The notes: generated from the letters alone by a model not told the origin. Counted from the first letter of the stretch, positions 8,190 through 17,597 are shown. The stretch: 24,000 nt of DNA from Desulfonispora thiosulfatigenes DSM 11270 (GCF_900176035.1 NZ_FWWT01000016.1:56409-80408), one strand, 5' to 3'. Translations and numbers: made by a program.

Positions 8190-10604
8190 ATGGAGAGTAT
8201 TAAAATATTGATAAATAAATTTATCGTTGCAATAGTAATGTCTTTAGCATTATTTTATACAATTGATATTGTCTTCGATGTATATATTATAATTATAGCA
8301 ATTACTTGGATTGTAATTTTTTTAAACTTTAGCATATCAAAGAATGTAGAGTTTTTTGGTACTATAATAATTGTATATTTAGGTAATTTAATAACATATA
8401 TTTTTATTAAAAATAAGATCTATAATGGGCTTTCAAAAGAAAATATCGAGGTTTTAGTTATTATAACATGTTTAATATTTCTTCTAACTATATCAAGAAT
8501 CATTTTTATAGTAAATCCATTTCGTAAAAAACAAATAATAAAACAACCCCAAATAATGATGAAAAGAAAGAAAGATCTGGAAGGACTTTTATACTATATA
8601 GATGTATTTGATATAATTGCATTAAATGGTAGATGGGGAACGGGCAAATCTTTTTTAATTAAAGAATTAAAAAAGGAAGTAAATAATAAATATGAAATTA
8701 TTGAAATTGATGTCTTATCATGTAATCTTAACGAGCTTCAGTTAATTTTAATAAAAGAAATTGAAGAGTTAATGTACAAAAATAGAATTATATCGAAGTA
8801 CTCAAATAAATTAAAAAGATTTTTAGGAAAAGAGTCTGTTATTTCAAGGGTACAGGATCTAATTTTTAGTAAAAACCAGTCTTATTCTGAAACTATAAAA
8901 GGTTTGCAGAAAGAGTTAGAAAAGCTAGGTAAAAAAATAATAATTATTTATGAAGACATAGATAGAATAACTGATATCGATATTATTAAAAATATATTCG
9001 GAATATCTGAAAAGATTTCTAACGAAAAGATAAAGATAGTTTATCAATATCATGAAGATAATTTGAAGGAAATTGGCTTTACAGCTGATTATTTAGAAAA
9101 ATATATGCCTTTTAAGATAAATTTAACTGAAATTAATTTCTTTGAAATATTAAGCTTTAAACTGAATGAAAAAAACTATGATAAAAGTATAATAGAAATC
9201 AAAGATTTTAATTTTTTAAAAGAAGATTTCCAGGGGTTCCGATATAATGTTTTAGTGAATGTCTTTAATATTAATAAGGAAATAAATTTAGTGGTAAGGA
9301 ATATTAGTATCAGAAAGGTTGAGAACTTTTTATCTGAATTGGTTAAAATATTAACTAAAAATCAATATAAAGAGCATAAAGAAACAGTAATAGCTTTCTT
9401 TTTCTTAAAACATTTTATTCCAACGATATATGAAAAACTAAATATTGAAAAAGGACTGGTAGAGACAATTAAATTCGATTTAAACTCAAACTTTTATACC
9501 ATTACAGAATTAATATCCTTGTTTAATTCAGGTAAGCTTGGTAGAGGAGATATAATCAATTTATTTAAAAATGAAGAAAATCAGATTGGTTATGGTGTTT
9601 TGAAGCTTTTTGATTATAAAGTTCTTCAAGTTATTAATGAAGAAAACTATATAGAACGATTAAAGTTAATATATGAAGAACCAATTAGAAACCTAAAAGA
9701 TAGAGATAGTAATGAAAAAAAAGATAGATTAATTTGGAGCCTATTAGCACAAGGTAAATCTCAATTTACTGACTATGAATATGTAGGTAGGAAATTTATT
9801 GAAGAAGTACTAAATAGGCCTGACACTGAAATACTGAAGGCATATGAACAATTTAACAACAGTTTATTTTATAAGAATGATCAAGAAACTGACAATAGTA
9901 CTATATTTAAAATGGGGGTTTCTTCATTTATAGAGTTATTTAAATCATTTAGAATTTTAGATGTACCTGATTATCACCAAGTGGGTTTAGTGAATATTTA
10001 TTTTAAAGTAGAAAAGATAAAAGATATAGATGATGAGTTAATTCAAACCCTTAATTATTGTAATTTAGGAACAAAAAAGGGATATATTGGTATTTTAAAT
10101 AATTTTAATAAACTGAATGTTATAGGAAATTTAAATGATGAAGAATGCTTTGCTAATTTTCTGAAAATGTATATTAGAGCTTTATCAAGTCTTGGTTATA
10201 TAAATACTGGAGGGTTTTCTAACATTTTTTTTTATGAAAAGGTGATAGAATATAAAAAATATGTAATGAAAGATCTTAAAGGAATCATAGAAAAAATACA
10301 TAAGGTAAAACACAAATTAAGTTTATTTTTAGAGTTAAAAGAATTGGATGATGAATTTAATACAATTATAATATTCATAGAAAAATTAATAGAAATAATA
10401 GATTGTAAATCTAAAGTAATTAAAAAAGAAAGAGGTCTTATTACAAGTAATATTTATAGTAGATATCAAAATCAAGAGGAATTCGACAGACTGGAAAGGG
10501 CTTCTAATGAGGGAAATAATTTAAAAGATGAAATAAAAAATAGTTATTTAAAAGGGAAAATAACAGCGTATGAAATTGAGAAGTTAATAGATAAATTGGA
10601 TTAA
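8190..10604 (+). CDS. KAP-family P-loop NTPase with four N-terminal transmembrane helices
   Basis: GGAGG lies 5 nt before the ATG. The first ~110 aa contain four hydrophobic helices. Walker A is LNGRWGTGKSFL (8628-8651), the GxWGxGKS form typical of KAP NTPases. Walker B is IIIIYEDIDR. The C-terminal region is long, lysine- and asparagine-rich and helical. Confidence 0.7.
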   Translation: MESIKILINKFIVAIVMSLALFYTIDIVFDVYIIIIAITWIVIFLNFSISKNVEFFGTIIIVYLGNLITYIFIKNKIYNGLSKENIEVLVIITCLIFLLTISRIIFIVNPFRKKQIIKQPQIMMKRKKDLEGLLYYIDVFDIIALNGRWGTGKSFLIKELKKEVNNKYEIIEIDVLSCNLNELQLILIKEIEELMYKNRIISKYSNKLKRFLGKESVISRVQDLIFSKNQSYSETIKGLQKELEKLGKKIIIIYEDIDRITDIDIIKNIFGISEKISNEKIKIVYQYHEDNLKEIGFTADYLEKYMPFKINLTEINFFEILSFKLNEKNYDKSIIEIKDFNFLKEDFQGFRYNVLVNVFNINKEINLVVRNISIRKVENFLSELVKILTKNQYKEHKETVIAFFFLKHFIPTIYEKLNIEKGLVETIKFDLNSNFYTITELISLFNSGKLGRGDIINLFKNEENQIGYGVLKLFDYKVLQVINEENYIERLKLIYEEPIRNLKDRDSNEKKDRLIWSLLAQGKSQFTDYEYVGRKFIEEVLNRPDTEILKAYEQFNNSLFYKNDQETDNSTIFKMGVSSFIELFKSFRILDVPDYHQVGLVNIYFKVEKIKDIDDELIQTLNYCNLGTKKGYIGILNNFNKLNVIGNLNDEECFANFLKMYIRALSSLGYINTGGFSNIFFYEKVIEYKKYVMKDLKGIIEKIHKVKHKLSLFLELKELDDEFNTIIIFIEKLIEIIDCKSKVIKKERGLITSNIYSRYQNQEEFDRLERASNEGNNLKDEIKNSYLKGKITAYEIEKLIDKLD

Positions 10605-10660
10605 CGGTCTTTTTATTTATAAAAATATTTGTTGTAAATCAATGTGTGGAGGTGTAACCA

Positions 10661-13321
10661 ATGACACCGAAGAAATCATCAAAGAAAAAGAAAAAGGTAG
10701 TTAAACCAGTATATAGATCTCTATCCGATTTAGAACGGTCGCGTACAGGGGGACAGGTTGCACTTTCTGGTTTTACATATCAATTTTTATATTCTTGTTA
10801 CCTGATGCTATCTGAAAAAGATGAGAGTGTGAGTTTTACCCTTGAGGGGCTTGAAGATATTGACCGATACAAATGTGATGTTACATCAAATACGATAACT
10901 CATATTCAACTGAAATATTCTACACAAAGGCAAGATGCTAGTTTCCTAAAGGATGTACTGAAAAATTATTTGGAAGTTTATTTGCTGGATAATACTCACG
11001 ATTTCAAACTTGTCTATGATTTTGATATTGCTAAAGGAAATCTAAATAAACTTGTCAATAACAATCTTGATGAGGCATCAAAAAAATATTGGGTCGGAAT
11101 AATTGAAAAGATAATGGAGGAAAATACTCAGTGGAATTGGAGTGGTTTCTCAAGTAATGCTTTCTTAGGTAAAATAACTTTTGAGAAACGAGTTAAAGAT
11201 GATCTTACATTGGAAATCGAGAAGCTCCTAATTGAGAGACATGATATTACAACAGATAATATTAGGTTGTATGTAAATGGTATAAAGGTTTGTTGTCTTG
11301 AAAAAATGGAATATCGAGAGAGTATAAATAGAAAAGAACTTGATGCAATAATACAGAATATTAATGACGACATTAGTAAGGGTATTGAGAACCCTGCTCA
11401 TGGATGGATTAAAAAGGTTGACTTTAGTGTTCTAGAGGCTACAGATGAGAAGAGCTATTTTGAAGGTAAGAAAGCATCGCCACAGGATATTGCTTTGAAG
11501 TTACCGGTTAGACGTATTGATACTGAAAAAGAAGTTGAAGACTCCATAAATAGTAATAGAGTGACAGTGATTAAGGCTTCAAGTGGACAGGGGAAAACTA
11601 CAATTGCCCTTCAAGTTGCATTGAACCTATCTAATGAGTATAACATTTATCAGTTGACATGGTGCAATGATGCTAAGGAACTCAATAATATTATTAAATA
11701 CTTTAAGTCAAGAGTTAAATTAGGAGAAAAACCACTCATTATTATTGATAATTTAGATTCACAGTTGAGCGAGTGGAATAGATTAGCTCAGTTACTCCAA
11801 GAAGAAATAACATATAACTATAAATTACTACTCACAAGTAGAGAAGATGATTGGTATAGATATTCAGGTAATTTGAGTAATGTTAAATCACTTAGAACAG
11901 TAGAGATATCACTAAATAACCAAGAGGCTGAAGATATATTTTTTCAGTTAAAGAAGAGGAATTTGTTGCATGATACTGTAAGTGATTGGAGGGGTTCGTG
12001 GAAAAGAATAGAAGAAAAAAGACTTCTGATTGAGTATGTATATCTACTTACTCATGGTGAGATGATATCAGAAAGAATAAGTCAGCAGATATCAACAATT
12101 AGTACTTCAGAGAATGGTAGGATTAAGTGTGAGATATTAAGAATTGTTTGTTTTGCAGATGTTTGTGGAATTAGGCTTCCAGTTATGAAGATAATCCATA
12201 ATTTGAAGGAACCTACTTCGAGTGATTATGGAGAAATACTTAAAAGTGTTGAAAATGAATTTTTAATTAGTATAGATGAAAATGAAAAGTTTGTTGAAGG
12301 ACTTCATCCTGTCCGTTCAATGCATATAGTTAAAAGATTGCATGAGTTTTATTCCATAAATAATACCGCTATAAATGTGATTAAACTAACGGATTTAACA
12401 TACTTGTCTAAACTATTTTCTAATTTGCCTAAATGGATTACTAATAGAGAAGAGATTTATGATGATATTGTGAAACTATGTGGATTGGAAAGGGAGAGAC
12501 TTAATTTATTAATAATGACGTGTGAATATTATATTGAGCACAAACCCAGTAAATATTTCAACAAATATTCTATTAGGTCATGGTATAGCAAAAAGAAAGA
12601 GCAACTTATTATTGATTCAAGCACAGCATTAAACCAGCTACAGGAAAATTATGATGTGTCTTTTCCAGTAGATTATTATTCGGTAGGTATTCTCAAGCAC
12701 TATCCAATAATAGCAAATAATCTAAATGTTGAAGATCCTGATGAATTAACAAAATTTTTATACTTATGTTCCTCTATTACTTCTATCGACTACGATTATC
12801 TTGTCATAGCTGTCAAATCAGGGATAAATCAAGTAATGCCAAATGGATTAAAGGTACCATACAATTTCTTGAAAGATTTAAGAGTTGCTATTGATGACGG
12901 GAATTGGGAAGTGATGGAAAAGTTATCACCTCCATTTCCGTATGAAATCTCTACAGGGTTCTTAAATTGCTTTGAAGAAAAAATGAATTTATTAGAATTA
13001 GCAACCTCACCATATGAGGGTATAGACAGTGTATTTGAATTACTTTGGTCTTATTCAATATCAAGAGACATCTTGGTAGATAAGATTGATTCAGAGTACT
13101 TGTCTGGTATATTGATGGAGTATGAAAAGAAAATCACGAATTTGCTTAAAGTATTTGAGGGCAAGATCCCTGCAAAAGAATATGCTGTTATAAAACAAGT
13201 TTGTTATGACGTTTATAATGGTGGATTTTTTGGTGATGCTGAGTTAAACAACTATAATAATAGCTTAATCTCATTAGCCAGTAACTTACAGGAAAAGGGG
13301 TCGTTTATAAAGATTACTTAA
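10661..13321 (+). CDS. Fusion protein: N-terminal PD-(D/E)xK nuclease (Cap4/DUF4297-like), central NACHT-like P-loop NTPase, C-terminal helical region
   Basis: GGAGG lies 8 nt before the ATG, 56 nt after the KAP stop. The N-terminus GGQVALSGFTYQFLYSCYLML ... LEGLEDIDRY ... THIQLKYS fits the DUF4297/Cap4 endonuclease pattern (G..yQ ... E.(E/D)D.D ... Q.K). Walker A is KASSGQGKTT (~11578-11604). Walker B is PLIIIDNLDS (~11735-11760), resembling the NACHT hhhhDGhDE form. About 500 aa of uncharacterised helical C-terminus follow. Confidence 0.65.
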   Translation: MTPKKSSKKKKKVVKPVYRSLSDLERSRTGGQVALSGFTYQFLYSCYLMLSEKDESVSFTLEGLEDIDRYKCDVTSNTITHIQLKYSTQRQDASFLKDVLKNYLEVYLLDNTHDFKLVYDFDIAKGNLNKLVNNNLDEASKKYWVGIIEKIMEENTQWNWSGFSSNAFLGKITFEKRVKDDLTLEIEKLLIERHDITTDNIRLYVNGIKVCCLEKMEYRESINRKELDAIIQNINDDISKGIENPAHGWIKKVDFSVLEATDEKSYFEGKKASPQDIALKLPVRRIDTEKEVEDSINSNRVTVIKASSGQGKTTIALQVALNLSNEYNIYQLTWCNDAKELNNIIKYFKSRVKLGEKPLIIIDNLDSQLSEWNRLAQLLQEEITYNYKLLLTSREDDWYRYSGNLSNVKSLRTVEISLNNQEAEDIFFQLKKRNLLHDTVSDWRGSWKRIEEKRLLIEYVYLLTHGEMISERISQQISTISTSENGRIKCEILRIVCFADVCGIRLPVMKIIHNLKEPTSSDYGEILKSVENEFLISIDENEKFVEGLHPVRSMHIVKRLHEFYSINNTAINVIKLTDLTYLSKLFSNLPKWITNREEIYDDIVKLCGLERERLNLLIMTCEYYIEHKPSKYFNKYSIRSWYSKKKEQLIIDSSTALNQLQENYDVSFPVDYYSVGILKHYPIIANNLNVEDPDELTKFLYLCSSITSIDYDYLVIAVKSGINQVMPNGLKVPYNFLKDLRVAIDDGNWEVMEKLSPPFPYEISTGFLNCFEEKMNLLELATSPYEGIDSVFELLWSYSISRDILVDKIDSEYLSGILMEYEKKITNLLKVFEGKIPAKEYAVIKQVCYDVYNGGFFGDAELNNYNNSLISLASNLQEKGSFIKIT

Positions 13322-13346
13322 AAACCGTGTTTTTGTTACTCTAATA

Positions 13347-13545
13347 GTAACTGTCAAAGATTTTCCGCTTAGAATCCATTAAAATCCCCCAGCTAAAATT
13401 ACAGAAAACAACGTAATTAGGAGGCTCTTTTAATGGCAAAGGAATCTGGTGAAATTAATTGGGACGTTATAATGCAAAAATTTTCCTCATATGAAGAGGT
13501 TATAGCTGATTTTTGCAGGGAAAATAAAATCAGGGCCTACCAAAA
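13347..13545 (+). mobile_element. IS66-family left-end remnant with a truncated tnpA (orfA) start
   Basis: gtaactgtcaaagattttcc starts 26 nt after the stop at 13321. RBS TAGGAGG precedes ATG 13433, giving MAKESGEINWDVIMQKFSSYEEVIADFCRENKIRAYQ..., the W....SG/S...FC.e..I pattern of IS66 TnpA. Homology is lost before repeat copy 6. The right boundary is approximate. Confidence 0.65.
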
Positions 13546-13578
13546 CTTTTTTCTTCTATTTCTAATATACCTGCAACG

Positions 13579-13629
13579 TTCTGCCTTGTATTTAATTTGT
13601 TAACCTATTCAACATTTCGACAATTAAAC
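13579..13629 (+). repeat. Cassette-boundary repeat copy 6: degenerate core, long form
   Basis: The core ttctgccttgtatttaatttgtt is degenerate. It is followed by taacctattcaacatttcgacaattaaac, which matches 1831-1860 closely. Confidence 0.65.
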
Positions 13630-13924
13630 ATAGTTGCTATCTAAAGCTGTGGTTAGAAGACTAAAAATCTTTTAATTACAGTTTTTTAAAATTACAAAAT
13701 ATAAGTTTTGTAATTAAATTCATAGCAAATCTGGCAAACCCTGCTAGATGACACTTTGAAAAACTATTAGGTAGATTAGAGTAATTGAGTTGTAACCAAT
13801 TTTAAGATCATTTTATTTATATTATAATATTGCAGAAGATTAAAATAAAAAGGACAAGCCTTTCTAGTTTTTCTTTAGTAAGATAGCCTAAATATAGATT
13901 ACTATATTAGAAGGAGGGATTTTA

Positions 13925-14865
13925 CTGGAACAAAGTACAGGGCAAGTTTTAAAGAAAAAATTAAGCTTTGATGAAATGATTGAGCACTTGGTTAAGAAAA
14001 ATGTTAAGTTTGATTTAATTTCAAAAGAAGAAGCTAAGAAAATTCTTCAGACTTCAAATTATTTTTATAAAATTACTGCTTATAGAAAAAACTTTGAAAA
14101 AAACAAATCTAATAAGTATGTTAACTTGGATTTTAAATTGCTGCAAGATTTAGCTACTATTGACATGCGCCTTCGATATTTAGTCTTGCACATGTGTCTA
14201 GACATTGAGCATGTAGTTAAAACATGGATTCTTACAGATATTACGAATGATTCAGCTGAAGATGGTTACAGTATAGTAACTGACTATTTAGAGCATGATC
14301 ATAGTTCTATTGAGGATTACATGAAAGCCTTAAACAAAAAGAGTCATTACAATTATGGTTTGTATAGAAGACATCATATTAATACACCTATTTGGGTTTT
14401 ATTTGAAGTTATGACCTTTGGTGCTTTTGTAAAATTTGTGGAGTTTTATTATTTCCGAAAAAACAAGTTAAACAGATACAAGGAACTTCAACAAATATTA
14501 AGATATGTAAAAAACATTAGAAATACAGCTGCTCACAATAGCCCTATTTTAATGGATATTACAAAAGGTCAGCAGATAGATCCTAAAAAAATAGTGAAAC
14601 CTATAACTGAATTCACAAAACAAATTTAAGGGCTATCACCATTATCCAGAAAAAAAGATTATCTAATCGAAAAATACATGATTTGACTGTACTTATTTAT
14701 GTTCATTATAAGTATATTAATAGTGAAGGTATTAAAGCTGCACGTTATGAAGAATTCAGGAAATTATTGGAGCGCACAAAACGATTAAAAAATGCATATA
14801 ATAATCAAGAATCCTTAATAGCTGTATATAAATATTTCAAGAAATTGATTGACTTCATAAGTTAA
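13925..14865 (+). pseudogene. Abi_2 (AbiD/AbiF-like) abortive-infection gene, apparently frameshifted near 14611-14629
   Basis: ORF 13976-14629 carries YVKNIRNTAAHNSPIL, the RNxxAH (Rx4H, HEPN-like) Abi_2 motif. The frame is open upstream to 13898. AAGGAGGG (13911-13918) is ideally spaced for the CTG at 13925, and ATG 13976 has no RBS. After the stop at 14629, frame 1 is open from 14611 and continues as ..RLSNRKIHDLTVLIYVHYKYINSEGIKAARYEEFRKLLER.. to 14865. Confidence 0.6.
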
Positions 14866-14949
14866 TTCGTGTAACCTTAGTATAAGGAAAAAATCGGTTC
14901 GCCCGGTTTGTAATAGCGGAGTCATACTTCGCTTAAGTTTATCGTTTTG

Positions 14950-14978
14950 GCACCTGTCTTTTAGGCAAGTGCTTTTTT
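14950..14978 (+). terminator. Intrinsic terminator
   Basis: The sequence gcacctgtc-tttta-ggcaagtgc forms a 9-bp stem with one mismatch and one G-U pair, followed by tttttt. Confidence 0.55.
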
Positions 14979-15000
14979 AATGGGAAATATAGTAACTTAA

Positions 15001-15023
15001 CCGTGCCAGCCACCTAACTTATT
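15001..15023 (+). repeat. Cassette-boundary repeat copy 7
   Basis: The sequence is ccgtgccagccacctaacttatt. Confidence 0.8.
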
Positions 15024-15318
15024 ACAGAAAATGTTTTATACCTTCTATTATCCTTTTTTACAATACAATCAATTAATGTTTCCGTATCAAACTCATAATA
15101 GATAATTCACAAATTGTTCACATTTTAATAATAAAAAATACAAAAACAATTATTATAATGTAATTAAATTAAAAATAACAAAAGGAGTTGTTAAAAATGA
15201 AAAGGTTTCCAGCTTTGATAATATCAACATTTTTAATATTAGGTCTTTTGGCAACAGTAGCTTTTGCTGATTCCACTAATGAGCCTAAAATACCATCTTC
15301 ACAAGGACCTAATCAAGG

Positions 15319-15531
15319 ATGTTTCCAACAAATATTGTTAAACCATTTAGCCCTAGGGAATTAGTTCATAGAGTAAGAGTCCTTTTAGAAAGAACTTTAA
15401 ATATAAATAATAATGAACAAAATATATTAAAATTCCCACGTTTAAAACTAGAATTGGGTCGTGATGATGGACTAGATTATATAAGTACATTATGGGGTGT
15501 GGGATATAAATTTGAGGTAACAGATGATTAA
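15319..15531 (+). pseudogene. OmpR-family response regulator remnant (C-terminal pieces only)
   Basis: ..IVKPFSPRELVHRVRVLLERT.. is the end of a receiver domain, and ..ISTLWGVGYKFE is the winged-helix C-terminus. Most of the protein is missing. The 5' end is fused out of frame to an unrelated signal-peptide ORF that starts at ATG 15197 (MKRFPALIISTFLILGLLATVAFA..). Confidence 0.65.
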
Positions 15532-16244
15532 GAAAAGCATTATAGCTAAACTTTGGGTTTCAATTGTAATGTTAATTATAATAGTTCTGCTCTTTTTTTG
15601 AATCAGAAGAATTTAAAAGCGCTTTTACGGGTAAAATAATAACAAATAGAGGTAATTATCATCACTTCAATGCACCGATGTTATCAGTTGCAATTCCAAT
15701 ATATAATGGAGAAGAAATAAATCAAGCATTAATGCTATTTAAACCAGTTGCTCCTATCACAGATATAATCAACTCTATGAGAAAACTAATATCTTATGCT
15801 GCTTTTGCTGTAATAATCTTAGCAAGTATCGTTAGTTTTTTCTTATCCAGGACACTATCAAGACCATTGATACAAATGAATAAAATTGCTACTGAAATGG
15901 CTAAAGTTAACTTTGGGAATAAAATAGCGGTTAAAAGTAACGATGAGGTTGGCTTATTAGGTACCAGTTTAAATAATATGTCAGAACGACTTAAATTTAA
16001 TATTAATGAGCTTTCTCATGAAAAAGCAAAATTAGAAAATGTATTAGATAGTATGTCTGATGGAGTAATTACTTTAGATGCACATGGAAATATAATCCTA
16101 GTAAATCCTCCGGCAAAAAGGTTTTTATCAAAATATGGACAAGATTTAAGTTTTGGACAAAACTTTTTTAATTGTATAAACCTAGTTGAGTTTAAGAATT
16201 TATTTGAAGAGGTTAATCAAAAAAGAAAAAGGCAGTACCTTTAG
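15524..16244 (+). pseudogene. Sensor histidine kinase remnant (TM, partial sensor, HAMP and PAS); frameshifted, with the kinase core missing
   Basis: ATG 15524 overlaps the regulator stop (ATGA coupling), giving MIKKSIIAKLWVSIVMLIIIVLLFF*. ORF 15678-16244 has a second TM segment, a HAMP-like LSRPLIQMNKIATEMAKVNFGNKIAVKSNDEVGLLGTSLNNMSERL and a PAS-like LENVLDSMSDGVITLDAHGNIILVNPPAKRFL. There are no H-box or ATPase motifs. It ends 27 nt before repeat copy 8. Confidence 0.65.
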
Positions 16245-16270
16245 TTTTTGTTTACCGGAATTGGTGGAAT

Positions 16271-16293
16271 CCGTGCCGGGCATCCAAAGTACT
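16271..16293 (+). repeat. Cassette-boundary repeat copy 8, with a diverged 3' half
   Basis: In ccgtgccgggcatccaaagtact the 5' half is conserved and the TTAACTTATT half is not. Confidence 0.6.
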
Positions 16294-16344
16294 CCATACA
16301 GATCCAAATTATTTAAAAATATAAGAAATTAAAGGTGATGAAAA

Positions 16345-17271
16345 ATGCGTAAAGTTGTTTTGATTGGAACAGGTGCAGTTGGTTGTGCTTATGCTTATAG
16401 TTTAGTAAATCAAGGATTAATTACTGAGCTTGTTTTAATTGATATAAATAATGAGAAAGCAGAAGGGGAAGCAATGGATTTGGCTTATGGCATGGCCTTT
16501 GCTCCTACAAATATAAAAATTAAAGCTGGTACATATTCTGACTGTACTGATGCAAATTTAGTTGTTATAACAGCTGGAGCAAATCAAAAACCAGGGGAAA
16601 CTAGGCTTGAACTAGTTAATAAAAATGCAACAATGATAAAGTCAATTGTTCAAGAGGTTGTAAAAAGCGGTTTTAATGGAATATTTTTAATTGCTTCAAA
16701 TCCAGTTGATATTTTAACATATGTTGTACAGAAAGAAAGTAAATTTCCACCAAACAAAGTAATTGGTTCAGGAACTACACTCGATACCGCAAGATTTAAA
16801 ATCTTACTTGGTGAATACTTTGAAGTCGATCCAAGAAATGTACATGCTGCAATTATAGGTGAACACGGTGACACTCAAGTTCCTATCTGGTCACAGGCTT
16901 CAATTGGCATCGAAAACCTTGACAAATTATTGGAACGTAGAAATAACCCAAAAGATAAAGAAAATCTTGATAAGATATCCATAAAAGTCCGGAATGCTGC
17001 ATATGAGATCATAAACCGAAAAGGGTTCACTAATTATGGAGTAGGAATGTGTTTAACAAGAATCACAAAAGCTATCCTAGATAATGAGAATAGTATCCTT
17101 CCAGTGTCCTGTTTGTTAGAAGGTCAGTATGGTGAAAGGGACATTTATTTATCAGTTCCAGCAATTGTTAATGAACAAGGCATAAAAGAAGTACTTGAAA
17201 TTGACCTTAATGAAACTGAAAAGGAATTATTCAAGAAATCAGTAAATACATTGAAAGAAATAAAATACTAA
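16345..17271 (+). CDS. ldh: L-lactate dehydrogenase
   Basis: The N-terminus is [37 protein letters not shown] (Rossmann fold). The substrate and catalytic motifs are GTTLDTARF and [13 protein letters not shown]. The 308-aa length is typical. The RBS is AAAGGTGA. Confidence 0.9.
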   Translation: MRKVVLIGTGAVGCAYAYSLVNQGLITELVLIDINNEKAEGEAMDLAYGMAFAPTNIKIKAGTYSDCTDANLVVITAGANQKPGETRLELVNKNATMIKSIVQEVVKSGFNGIFLIASNPVDILTYVVQKESKFPPNKVIGSGTTLDTARFKILLGEYFEVDPRNVHAAIIGEHGDTQVPIWSQASIGIENLDKLLERRNNPKDKENLDKISIKVRNAAYEIINRKGFTNYGVGMCLTRITKAILDNENSILPVSCLLEGQYGERDIYLSVPAIVNEQGIKEVLEIDLNETEKELFKKSVNTLKEIKY

Positions 17272-17290
17272 AACAGTTCAAAGCAGGAAG

Positions 17291-17313
17291 CCGTGCCTGG
17301 CGCATAACTTATA
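17291..17313 (+). repeat. Cassette-boundary repeat copy 9
   Basis: The sequence ccgtgcctggcgcataacttata starts 20 nt after the ldh stop. Confidence 0.75.
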
Positions 17314-17357
17314 GAACTTTACTTCATAAAAGCATGGCATCAATCTAATTTGATATT

Positions 17358-17399
17358 TATCAATTATATACGTTGAATCTTTGACGTATATAATTGATA
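17358..17399. repeat. Perfect 16-bp inverted repeat with a 10-nt spacer
   Basis: The sequence is tatcaattatatacgt-tgaatctttg-acgtatataattgata. It lies ~200 bp upstream of the amidohydrolase gene. Confidence 0.8.
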
Positions 17400-17597
17400 G
17401 TAGAAATAGAAAATAGTCTACCAAAATCAATGAATCTTATTTTTACAATTAATACATTTTATGGTAATGTTGTGGTTATAAAAATAAGTTAATATAAAAT
17501 TAATTTTAAGGAGATGGTTTTATTGAGGGAGTAGTATTCAGAATATTCAGAGGATTAAATAGGTTGTAAATAAAAAATGATTAAGGAGATGAAACGA

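Noticed and set aside
14683-14865. A 60-aa ORF treated as a stand-alone gene
   Set aside because: Its frame is open back to 14611, overlapping the Abi_2 stop, and it starts with TTG without an RBS. It is better explained as the displaced C-terminus of the Abi_2 gene.
17369-17396. Solo IS66 inverted repeat
   Set aside because: The similarity to the IS66 right end (tatacgt..ttgacg) is short and the site is itself a perfect palindrome. It is reported simply as an inverted repeat.
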